Below are positions 10,418 to 18,678 of a stretch of DNA of 64,000 nucleotides, piece after piece; position 1 is the first letter of the stretch; every line of letters starts with the position of its first letter. The stretch is taken from positions 5,039 to 69,038 of the forward strand of contig SYLI01000055.1 of NCBI GenBank assembly GCA_005809105.1, in the 5' to 3' direction. The DNA comes from Verrucomicrobiales bacterium. Lineage in GTDB: Bacteria > Verrucomicrobiota > Verrucomicrobiia > Limisphaerales > UBA1100. A program made the translations under genes and the position numbers. The notes below the pieces were generated by a model. It was not told the DNA's origin. It searched no databases and saw nothing but the letters and a program-made list of their open reading frames with translations.

Positions 10418-10425
10418 CACACGCC

Positions 10426-11790
10426 ATGAACCTCCCTCTCCCCCTCTCCCGCCGCGACGCCATCACCCGCCTTGGTGGCGGCCTAGGCACTCTGGGCCTG
10501 CTGGCCCCCATTGCATGGGGTGCAACCCCCGCAGGACCGCAGTTTCGGCCGCGGGCGAAGCGGGTCATCCACCTGTTCATGAACGGCGGGCCGTTCGGCC
10601 CGGACTTCTTCGACCCCAAGCCGGACCTCAACACGTTTGCCGGACAGCGGCCGCAAGGGGCCGACTTGCGCACCGAGCGGCCCACGGGCGGGCTGTTGCC
10701 GGTGCCGTTCAAGTTCTCCAACCACGGCAAGTCCGGCCTGCCCGTCAGCGACCTGCTCCCGCTCACCGCGCAGTTCGCCGACGACCTCTGCGTGCTGCGC
10801 AGCGTCCACACGGACAACCCCAACCACGGGCCTGCGCTGCTCCTCATGAACAACGGCACGATGACGCCGCGCGTGCCTGCAATGGGTTCGTGGTGCAGCT
10901 ACGGACTGGGCACCGAGAACGCCAACCTGCCAAGCTACGTGGTGCTTTGCCCCGGCCGGCCCGTGCGCTTTTCCATCCTGTGGACGAGTGCCTTCCTGCC
11001 CTCGCAGCACGGCGGCAGCTACATCAATCACTCGAACCTCGATCCCAAGGCGATGATCCCATGGCTGCACAACCCGCGCACGGCCCCCGACGCGCAGCGC
11101 AAGCAGCTCGACCTGCTGGGCGAGATGAACCGTGAGCATCTCGCCATGCGCGGCGGCGCGGACGCGGCGTTGCAGGGGCGCATCGAGGCGATGGAGACGG
11201 CCTACCGGATGCAGTTCGCGGCGACGGACGCCTTCGACATCACGCGCGAGCCGGTGCCCGTGCGCGAGGCTTACGGCAAGGGGCACTTTGCCAATGGCTG
11301 CCTCATGGCGCGGCGGCTGGCGGAGCGAGGCGTGCGGTTCATCCAGGTTTATTATGGAGATGGCCAGCCGTGGGACACGCACTCAAACCACGACGCCTCC
11401 ACGCGCAATCTTGGCAAGGACATTGACCGGCCCATCGCCGCTCTCTTGGGCGATTTGAAACAACGCGGCTTGCTGGAGGACACCTTGGTCGTGTGGGGCG
11501 GGGAATTTGGGCGCACGCCGGTGAGCGAGAATGGCAATGGGCGCGATCACAATCCGCATGGCTTCTGCATGTTTCTCGCGGGCGGCGGTGCCAAGGGCGG
11601 CATGAGCTACGGCGCGACGGATAGCTTTGGATTTAAGGCGGCGCAGAACCGGATGCACGTCCATGACCTGCATGCGACCCTGTTGCACCTGCTGGGCGTG
11701 GATCACGAGAAGCTGACCTTCCGCCACGCGGGCCGCGACTTCCGCCTGACGGACGTGCACGGGCATGTGGCCCGGGAGGTTCTGGCGTGA
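10426..11790 (+). CDS. DUF1501 domain protein with substituted N-terminal motif (partner of module 3)
   Basis: N-terminus SRRDAITRLGG. Motifs MGSWCSYGLGTENANLP, PWDTHSN, WGGEFGRTP, terminal RDFRLTDVHGHVAREVLA. The otherwise invariant GGPSH(V/L)D reads NGGPFGPD here (nt 10582-10605). Confidence 0.9.
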   Translation: MNLPLPLSRRDAITRLGGGLGTLGLLAPIAWGATPAGPQFRPRAKRVIHLFMNGGPFGPDFFDPKPDLNTFAGQRPQGADLRTERPTGGLLPVPFKFSNHGKSGLPVSDLLPLTAQFADDLCVLRSVHTDNPNHGPALLLMNNGTMTPRVPAMGSWCSYGLGTENANLPSYVVLCPGRPVRFSILWTSAFLPSQHGGSYINHSNLDPKAMIPWLHNPRTAPDAQRKQLDLLGEMNREHLAMRGGADAALQGRIEAMETAYRMQFAATDAFDITREPVPVREAYGKGHFANGCLMARRLAERGVRFIQVYYGDGQPWDTHSNHDASTRNLGKDIDRPIAALLGDLKQRGLLEDTLVVWGGEFGRTPVSENGNGRDHNPHGFCMFLAGGGAKGGMSYGATDSFGFKAAQNRMHVHDLHATLLHLLGVDHEKLTFRHAGRDFRLTDVHGHVAREVLA

Positions 11791-11866
11791 GTGTCCGGGG
11801 GCGGCAGGCGGCGAAACCAAAGGGAATGCGGCGGCATTGACGGCCGTCCAATCCGCCGGTAAACGC

Positions 11867-13249
11867 ATGGCAAGCGACTGCATGAGTGGGTCCTTTCAAC
11901 TGAGCGCGCGTGGCGCAAGCCGGCGGGAGTTTCTGCGCGTGGGTGCGCTGGGTGCGGCGGGGCTTTCGTTGCCGCGGCTGCTGGCGGCCGGTGCCAAGGG
12001 TTTCGCCACGCGGGCCGATTCCTGCCTCATCATCTTCCTCAACGGAGGTCCGAGCCATCTGGACATGTGGGACATGAAGCCGGATGCGCCGCGCGAAATC
12101 CGCGGCGAATTCCGCCCCATCGCCACCACCGTGCCGGGAATTCAATTGAGCGAGCATCTCCCGCGGCTGGCCCGGCAGATGCACCGCGCCACGCTGGTGC
12201 GGTCGATGAATCACAGCGTCAACAATTCGCACGCGGCCGCGGTGTATGCAGCGTTGACCGGGCATGACCGCGGGGAGTTTGGCGGCGGCGCGCGGCCCGG
12301 GGATCATCCGGGGATGGGCGCGGTGCTGGCCAAACTTCGGCCGGCGCAGGCCGCGCGGCTGCCCTATGTTTCGCTGCCGTACAAGACACAAGAGGGCGCG
12401 GGCGGCCCGTTGCAGCCGGGGTTTCTTGCGGGATTCATTGGCGCGCGGCACGATCCGTTTTGGGTGTTGGAGGATCCCAATCTTCCCAACTTTCGCGTGC
12501 AGGATCTGACGCCGCCCGAGGGCATGGCTGCCGCGCGAATGGCGGGTCGCGACGACCTTCTGCGCGGGCTGGATCGCGCGCTGGTGGATCGCCAGCCCGG
12601 CGGCCGGGCGGCCTTTGAGGAGATGTCCCAGTTCCAACGGCGTGCCTACGACCTGTTGACGGCCGACGCCACGCGGCGCGCCTTTGAACTGCACCGGGAG
12701 CCTGCGGCGGCGCGCGACGCCTACGGACGCAACATCTACGGGCAAAGCGTGCTGCTGGCGCGCCGGCTGATCGAGGCGGGCACCCGCTTCGTCACGATGA
12801 GCTGGGCGCCCGACGCCAACGCCACGTGGGACACGCACGGCGGCAATTTCAAAAAACTTAAAGGGACGCTCCTGCCGCAGTTTGATGCCGCCTGCGCCTC
12901 GCTGCTGGAAGACCTGCACCAGCGCGGCCTGCTGGCGCGCACGCTCGTGGCCGTGCTGGGCGACTTTGGGCGCACGCCGCGCATCAACAACAACAACGCC
13001 GGGCGCGACCATTGGAATGCGTGCTACTCGGTGATGCTGGCCGGCGGCGGCATCAAGGGCGGGTTCGTGCACGGTGCGAGCGACCGCACAGGCTCTCTCC
13101 CCGCCGAACAACCGACCTCACCGGGCGACATCATCGCCACGCTTTACCACCTGCTGGGGGTGGACCCGCGCACCGATCTGCACGACAACCACAACCGCCC
13201 GCACATGCTCGTGCCCCACGGCCGGGTGCTCGACGAGTTGATCGCCTGA
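11867..13249 (+). CDS. DUF1501 domain protein, divergent subfamily, with no adjacent DUF1553 partner of its own
   Basis: Canonical Tat motif SRREFLRVGALGAAG. Motifs GGPSHLDMWDMKPDAP, TWDTHGGNF, LGDFGRTP, GRDHW. The C-terminus (HGRVLDELIA) differs from the other six copies. An alternative start is at 11882. Confidence 0.85.
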   Translation: MASDCMSGSFQLSARGASRREFLRVGALGAAGLSLPRLLAAGAKGFATRADSCLIIFLNGGPSHLDMWDMKPDAPREIRGEFRPIATTVPGIQLSEHLPRLARQMHRATLVRSMNHSVNNSHAAAVYAALTGHDRGEFGGGARPGDHPGMGAVLAKLRPAQAARLPYVSLPYKTQEGAGGPLQPGFLAGFIGARHDPFWVLEDPNLPNFRVQDLTPPEGMAAARMAGRDDLLRGLDRALVDRQPGGRAAFEEMSQFQRRAYDLLTADATRRAFELHREPAAARDAYGRNIYGQSVLLARRLIEAGTRFVTMSWAPDANATWDTHGGNFKKLKGTLLPQFDAACASLLEDLHQRGLLARTLVAVLGDFGRTPRINNNNAGRDHWNACYSVMLAGGGIKGGFVHGASDRTGSLPAEQPTSPGDIIATLYHLLGVDPRTDLHDNHNRPHMLVPHGRVLDELIA

Positions 13250-13344
13250 GCCAGCGCGATGGCTGGGGGATGGGCGGTCAGGGCCCACCAAACTCCAAGG
13301 ATGGAATCGTTCGATGAAATCGGCGCCGGGCGCGTCTGATCATC

Positions 13345-13938
13345 ATGAAATCCCACCGATTCATCACTTGGATTCTTGCGGGGGCCGCCCTTGCGATGGG
13401 GCCTGCATGGTGCGTGGCCGACGAAAAGGACGAAGGCTTCGCGCCGCTGTTTAACGGCAAGGACTTTGAAGGCTGGAAGTTCACCGGCGGCGAGAAGTCG
13501 CCCCTCAACTGGAAAGTGGCTGGCGGGCTGATCCAGCTCTCCGGCGGTGGCAAGCCCCATCTGGCCACGGCGCGCGAGTACGGCGACTTCGAGCTGCGGC
13601 TGGAATGGCGGTCGGTGGCAGACAAATACAACAGCGGCCTTTACCTGCGCAGCGGCCCCAATCTGGGCAGCAACCAACTCAATCTCGCCAAAGGCAGCGA
13701 AGGCGGATTGGTGGGCGGCAAGATTGAGGGTGCCAAGGCCGTGCCCACGCTGCAGAAGCCGGCGGGCCAGTGGAATGAATGGCGCGTGCGCGCTCATGGC
13801 GAGAAGGTCACCTTCTGGTGCAACGGCCAACTGGCTTGGGAAGGCACCGGATTCAAGGCTGTCCGCGGCCACATCGGACTTCAGGCGGAAGGTGCGGCCA
13901 TGGAATTTCGAAACCTCCGCCTCCAGGAAATCAAGTAA
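13345..13938 (+). CDS. DUF1080 (3-keto-disaccharide hydrolase family) secreted protein
   Basis: Has a signal peptide. Motifs FAPLFNGKDFEGWK, YGDFELRLEWR, NSGLYLRS, NEWRVRAHGEKVTFWCNG, GHIGLQAEGAAMEFRNLRLQEI. Confidence 0.85.
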   Translation: MKSHRFITWILAGAALAMGPAWCVADEKDEGFAPLFNGKDFEGWKFTGGEKSPLNWKVAGGLIQLSGGGKPHLATAREYGDFELRLEWRSVADKYNSGLYLRSGPNLGSNQLNLAKGSEGGLVGGKIEGAKAVPTLQKPAGQWNEWRVRAHGEKVTFWCNGQLAWEGTGFKAVRGHIGLQAEGAAMEFRNLRLQEIK

Positions 13939-13952
13939 CCTCAAGCTTCGGC

Positions 13953-15233
13953 ATGCGCGCGCCCAACATGAAAATCTTCCTTCCATCCCTGTGTGTCCTT
14001 CTGGGAAGCCTCGCGGGTTCGCTTGCGGCGGATCACTGGCCCAGCTGGCGTGGCCCCAATCATGATGGGGTCAGCGCCGAGAAGGGGCTGCCGGTAGAGT
14101 GGGACGCGCAGAAGAACGTCAAATGGAAGCTGGCGCTGCCGGGGGGCGGCTCGGCCACGCCAGTGGTGTGGGGCAGTCGGATTTTTCTCACCTGTGCGGG
14201 CGAGAAGGAACTGCTATTGCTCTGCGTGGACACGGACGGCAAGGAGCTTTGGCGGCGTCCGTTGGAATCGAGCAAGGGCGAAAAGGGCAAACGCGAGGAA
14301 AACACCCGTGCTTCGCCCTCGCCCTGCACCGACGGCAAGCAAGTGTACACCCTCACCGGAACGGGAGTCTTCGCCGCCCACGACTTGGAGGGGAAGCAAG
14401 TTTGGAAGTTCAACGTCGAGGAGCGCTATGGCCGCATCCGGCTGGGATTTGGGTTTCACACCACGCCCCTGCTGCACGAGGGGCGACTCTACCTGCCGCT
14501 GATTCACTCTGGCGGCGCCTGGGTGGTGGCGCTTGACGCAGCCACGGGCGGCGAAGTGTGGAAGGTGGAACGCAAGAGCGATGGCAGATCCGAGTGCGAG
14601 CATTCCTACACGTCGCCCTGCCTGTGGCGCGACGGGGCGAAGGCCTATCTGGTGACCCACGGCAATGATTACGCCGTGGCGCACCGGCTCACCGATGGCG
14701 TGGAAATCTGGCGGCTGGGCGATCTCAATCCAAAGGACAGCTACAACTCCACACTGCGATTTGTCGCTTCGCCCGTGGCGACCTCGGGCTTGATTGTCGT
14801 ACCGACCGCCAAGAACCGCGGCGTGGTGGGAGTGAAACCCGGCGCCACCGGCTATCTGGCGGCCGGGGCGGCGGGCGAGCAATGGCGGCTCACGCAGGGC
14901 ACACCCGATGTCACTTCCCCGCTCATTTACGGCCATGAAGTGTATCTGTGCCGCGAAAGCGGCAATCTGGTGTGTCTGGACGCCGCCACGGGAAAACAAC
15001 ACTACGCCGAGCGACTTTACGCGCAGACGTACCGCGGCTCGCCCGTGGCCGCCGAGGGGCGCATCTACCTCACGGCGCGCGATGGGATGGTCTCGGTGGT
15101 GGCCGCCGGGCCCAAGTTCCAGGTGCTTTCCCGGAACAAGCTGCCCGACCAGATCACGGCGTCGCCGGCCCTTGCCGGCGGGCGCATTTATCTGCGTGGG
15201 TTTGATGCGCTGTATGCGGTGGGCGCCCAGTAA
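13953..15233 (+). CDS. PQQ-like beta-propeller repeat protein (BamB-like fold), secreted
   Basis: Signal peptide followed by DHWPSWRGPNHDGVS and repeated propeller blades. Start at 13953 or 13968. The track start at 13779 overlaps the DUF1080 gene and is rejected. Confidence 0.8.
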   Translation: MRAPNMKIFLPSLCVLLGSLAGSLAADHWPSWRGPNHDGVSAEKGLPVEWDAQKNVKWKLALPGGGSATPVVWGSRIFLTCAGEKELLLLCVDTDGKELWRRPLESSKGEKGKREENTRASPSPCTDGKQVYTLTGTGVFAAHDLEGKQVWKFNVEERYGRIRLGFGFHTTPLLHEGRLYLPLIHSGGAWVVALDAATGGEVWKVERKSDGRSECEHSYTSPCLWRDGAKAYLVTHGNDYAVAHRLTDGVEIWRLGDLNPKDSYNSTLRFVASPVATSGLIVVPTAKNRGVVGVKPGATGYLAAGAAGEQWRLTQGTPDVTSPLIYGHEVYLCRESGNLVCLDAATGKQHYAERLYAQTYRGSPVAAEGRIYLTARDGMVSVVAAGPKFQVLSRNKLPDQITASPALAGGRIYLRGFDALYAVGAQ

Positions 15234-15273
15234 AGGCGTTGCCCACGTGTCGCCCGCCTGCTACCCTGCCGGA

Positions 15274-15471
15274 GTGGATGGGATGGATGATCCGGCGGAT
15301 GACATCGAAGTCATCCAGCTTGCCCGGAAGAAGCTCGTGATGGATTTTCGATCCCAAACGCGCCGCCCTGAACGGGTGACGGTGGAGGTGCTGCGCGAAA
15401 TGGTGCGGCGCGACACCGACAAGATGAGCCTCGCGGCGCGGCGCTGGCTGGGCGAGGAAAGGAAGCCATGA
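15274..15471 (+). CDS. Small hypothetical charged protein (about 62-65 aa)
   Basis: Third codon positions are G/C-rich, as in neighbouring genes. GTG at 15274 or ATG at 15283. The stop lies 7 nt before the next gene. I recognise no family. The upstream part of the track ORF (from 14908) overlaps the propeller gene. Confidence 0.35.
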   Translation: MDGMDDPADDIEVIQLARKKLVMDFRSQTRRPERVTVEVLREMVRRDTDKMSLAARRWLGEERKP

Positions 15472-15478
15472 ACCCGAT

Positions 15479-16213
15479 ATGAGCACTTGGTTGGCACTGG
15501 GCGCGGGCGTCTTGGCGTTGGAGCTTGCGGGGGCGCTCGCGGGCGCTGAAACGCTCCCCACCAAGGCGGGGGACGTGACCTTCACTCCTGTCAACCACGC
15601 GACCTTGGTCATCGCCTGGGCGGGCAAGACCGTGTACGTGGACCCCGTCGGCAACGCCAAGTGGTATGAGTCCTTCGCCAAGCCCGACGCGGTGCTCGTC
15701 ACGCACATCCACGGCGACCACTATCAGGAGGGCGTGCTGCGCGAGGTCGTGGCCGCGGGCACGCGGCTCATCGTGCCGCCGGCACTGGCGGAGGCGCTGC
15801 CCAAGGAGTTGAAGGATCGCGCCACGCCGCTGGCCAATGGCAAGGACACGGCGCTCTTTGGTGCGATGCTGACCGCCGTGCCCATGTACAATCTCACGGC
15901 CGCGCGCCTCAAGTTCCATCCCAAGGGCCAGGGCAACGGCTACGTGCTCGAGTTGGGCGGCAAGCGCATTTACTTGAGCGGCGACACCGAGGACACCCCG
16001 GAAATGCGCGCGCTCAAGTCCATTGATGTGGCCTTCTTGTGCATGAACCTGCCCTACACCATGAGCGTGGAGCAGGCGGCCGACGCCGTGCGCGCGTTCA
16101 AGCCCAAGGTGGTTTATCCCTACCACTCGCGCGGCAGCGACACGGCCCGGTTTCAAAAGCTCGTGGGAGAGGACGTCGGCGTGGAAGTACGCCTGCGTAA
16201 CTGGTATCCGTGA
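15479..16213 (+). CDS. MBL-fold metallo-hydrolase, secreted
   Basis: Signal peptide and the THIHGDHY (HxHxDH) motif. About 240 aa, typical of the beta-lactamase fold. Confidence 0.85.
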   Translation: MSTWLALGAGVLALELAGALAGAETLPTKAGDVTFTPVNHATLVIAWAGKTVYVDPVGNAKWYESFAKPDAVLVTHIHGDHYQEGVLREVVAAGTRLIVPPALAEALPKELKDRATPLANGKDTALFGAMLTAVPMYNLTAARLKFHPKGQGNGYVLELGGKRIYLSGDTEDTPEMRALKSIDVAFLCMNLPYTMSVEQAADAVRAFKPKVVYPYHSRGSDTARFQKLVGEDVGVEVRLRNWYP

Positions 16214-16220
16214 GAGGCGC

Positions 16221-18671
16221 ATGAACCGGCGACTTGCGGCAGCCCTCATGGCGATTGCATTCGGGGTCGCGTCCGGCGTGGGGATGGCCGCGGCGGCCGA
16301 CGCCGGCTCGGAACCCTTGGCGTTCTTTGAGAAGCACATTCGCCCGGTGCTGGTGGAACACTGCTATTCGTGTCACTCGGGTGAAGCGCTGCGGGCTGGC
16401 AAGCTCAAGGGTGGCTTGCGCGTGGACCTGCGCCAGACACTTCGCCAAGGCGGCGATTCGGGCAAGCCCTCGGTCGTCCCGGGAAAGCCCGAATCGAGCC
16501 TTCTCATCACGGCGCTAAGCCACGGCAACTCCGATTTGCAGATGCCGCCCAAGAACCGGCTGCCCGAAGCCACGCTGGCGCGCTTTCGCGAATGGGTTCT
16601 CATGGGCGCGCCCGACCCGCGCGAGGGGCAGGCGCAGGCCGCTGCACCGGCCCGGCTGGACTTGGCCAAGGCGCGCGCCTTCTGGTCGCTCAAACCGCCT
16701 GTGGAACCGGCGCTGCCGGTCGTGCGAAATGGCGCATGGCCGCGCTCGCCCCTCGACCGCTTCATCCTCGCCGGCCTTGAAGCCGCTGGCTTCAAACCCG
16801 CCGCGCCCGCCGACAAGCGGGCGCTGATCCGCCGCGCCACTTATGACCTCACCGGCCTGCCCCCCACCCAGGATGAGGTGGATGCCTTTGCCGCCGACAC
16901 CACGCCGGAGGCGTTCTCCAAAGTCGTGGATCGACTGCTGGCTTCGCCGCGCTACGGCGAGAAGTGGGGGCGCCACTGGCTGGACTTGGCGCGCTACGCC
17001 GACAGCAATGGGATGGACGAAAACCTTGCCTACATCCACGCGTGGCGATACCGCAACTACGTCATCGACGCCTTCAACACCGACAAGCCCTACGACCAGT
17101 TCGTGCGCGAGCAGGTGGCGGGCGACCTCATCCCGGCGGCCGCAGGCGAATCCGCGGCGCGCACCCACGAGCGCTGGGTTGCCACGGGGTTCCTCTGCCT
17201 CGGCCCCAAAATGCTGGCGGAAGACGACGGCCGCAAGATGGAGATGGATATCATTGATGAACAACTCGACACCGTGGGCCGCGCCTTCCTCGGGCTGAGC
17301 CTGGGATGCGCCCGCTGCCACGACCACAAATACGACCCCGTCACCGCGCGCGATTACTATGCGCTCGCCGGCATCTTCAAGAGCACCCAGACGATGGAGA
17401 ACTTCAAGGTGGTGGCCGTGTGGCACGAGCGCGAACTCATCACGCCCCCGCTGGCCTCGCTGCGCGAGAGGCACGGCGCGCTCCTAAATGCGCAACGGCA
17501 GGTGATTGCCGCGCAGGTGGAGGCGTTTAATCAGGAGCTGCTCGTTGGGAAATCCCTGCCTGCGCTTCCCGCGAAGCCCGAGGAACACTACTCCGCCTCG
17601 ATGCGTCAGACCCTCAAGGAACTGCGCGATGCCCTCGCTCGGATGGAGAAGGCCCCGCCGGACATCCCGCGAGCCATGACCGTCCGCGACGGCGCAGTGC
17701 AGGATCTGCGCGTGCACCTTCGCGGCAACTATCTCACGCTGGGAGAACCCGCGCCGCGTGCGCTGCCGGAGGTGTTTGCCACCCAAGCTGCCATGCCTAC
17801 CAACGCCAGCGGCCGCCTGCAGCTGGCCCAGTGGCTGGCCCATCCGGAAAACCCGCTGACGGCGCGCGTGATGGCAAACCGCATCTGGCAGGGGCACTTT
17901 GGCGAGGGGCTGGTGCGTTCCCCCGACGACTTTGGCCGGCAGGGCGACGCACCAACGCACCCGGAGCTGCTGGACTGGCTCTCGCGCCGGTTCGTCGCAT
18001 CGGGCTTTTCCATCAAGGCGATGCACCGGCTGATCATGAACAGTGCCACCTACCAGATGGGCGCGGCTCATGACGCAAAGGCTGCCGCGCGCGACCCTGA
18101 GAGCCGCCTGCGCTGGCGGTTTGCGCGCCGCCGTCTTCAGGCCGAGGAGGTGCGCGATTCGCTGCTCCACGCCGCAGGACTGCTGCGCGAAGGTGTGCGC
18201 GGCCCGATGCTCTCCCACAAGCCCCGCGAGTATGTCACGGCCACGGGGCCCAAGAACGTGCGCTTCGAATTTGACAGCCGCTCGGTGTACCTTCCGGTGG
18301 TGCGCAGCGCGATGTACGAAGTGATGGCGGCGTTCGACTTTGGTGACCCCGCCGTGGTGCAGGGCCGCCGCGCGAGCACCACCGTGGCGCCGCAGGCGCT
18401 CTTCATGATGAACAGCGAACTGGTGCAGCAGGCAAGTCGTCAGGTTGCCGCGCAACTGGGTGCCGGCGGGCCTGCCGACGAGGCGGGACGCGTGCGCGCC
18501 CTCTACCGGCGGTTGTTCCAGCGCGAGCCGACGGCGGAGGAGATTCAGGAATGCGCCGCGCATCTGGCCGCATGCCGGGCCGACGGCGCCGCGGTGGATT
18601 CCGAAGCGCGGGCATGGCAAAGCCTGACGCGCGTGCTGCTCGCGGCCAACGAGTTTATCTTTGTAGAGTGA
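16221..18671 (+). CDS. PSCyt1 + DUF1549 + DUF1553 protein (module 4, subtype A)
   Basis: Sec signal. Motifs CYSCHS (CxxCH) followed by LQMPP, WLDLARYADSNG..AGDLI, CARCHDHKYDPV, NPLTARVMANRIWQGHFG, terminal LLAANEFIFVE. Confidence 0.9.
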   Translation: MNRRLAAALMAIAFGVASGVGMAAAADAGSEPLAFFEKHIRPVLVEHCYSCHSGEALRAGKLKGGLRVDLRQTLRQGGDSGKPSVVPGKPESSLLITALSHGNSDLQMPPKNRLPEATLARFREWVLMGAPDPREGQAQAAAPARLDLAKARAFWSLKPPVEPALPVVRNGAWPRSPLDRFILAGLEAAGFKPAAPADKRALIRRATYDLTGLPPTQDEVDAFAADTTPEAFSKVVDRLLASPRYGEKWGRHWLDLARYADSNGMDENLAYIHAWRYRNYVIDAFNTDKPYDQFVREQVAGDLIPAAAGESAARTHERWVATGFLCLGPKMLAEDDGRKMEMDIIDEQLDTVGRAFLGLSLGCARCHDHKYDPVTARDYYALAGIFKSTQTMENFKVVAVWHERELITPPLASLRERHGALLNAQRQVIAAQVEAFNQELLVGKSLPALPAKPEEHYSASMRQTLKELRDALARMEKAPPDIPRAMTVRDGAVQDLRVHLRGNYLTLGEPAPRALPEVFATQAAMPTNASGRLQLAQWLAHPENPLTARVMANRIWQGHFGEGLVRSPDDFGRQGDAPTHPELLDWLSRRFVASGFSIKAMHRLIMNSATYQMGAAHDAKAAARDPESRLRWRFARRRLQAEEVRDSLLHAAGLLREGVRGPMLSHKPREYVTATGPKNVRFEFDSRSVYLPVVRSAMYEVMAAFDFGDPAVVQGRRASTTVAPQALFMMNSELVQQASRQVAAQLGAGGPADEAGRVRALYRRLFQREPTAEEIQECAAHLAACRADGAAVDSEARAWQSLTRVLLAANEFIFVE

Positions 18672-18678
18672 GTTGACG

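Noticed and set aside
13779-13952. Upstream extensions of track ORFs: 13779, 1982, 10393, 11765, 28209, 31888, 34372, 53679, 56761; and on the minus strand 21336, 23668, 34679, 40075, 41627, 51538, 55896.
   Set aside because: The extensions overlap the preceding gene or run through divergent intergenic DNA, and they precede obvious signal peptides or conserved N-termini. Internal ATG or GTG starts give tight, non-overlapping operon spacing.
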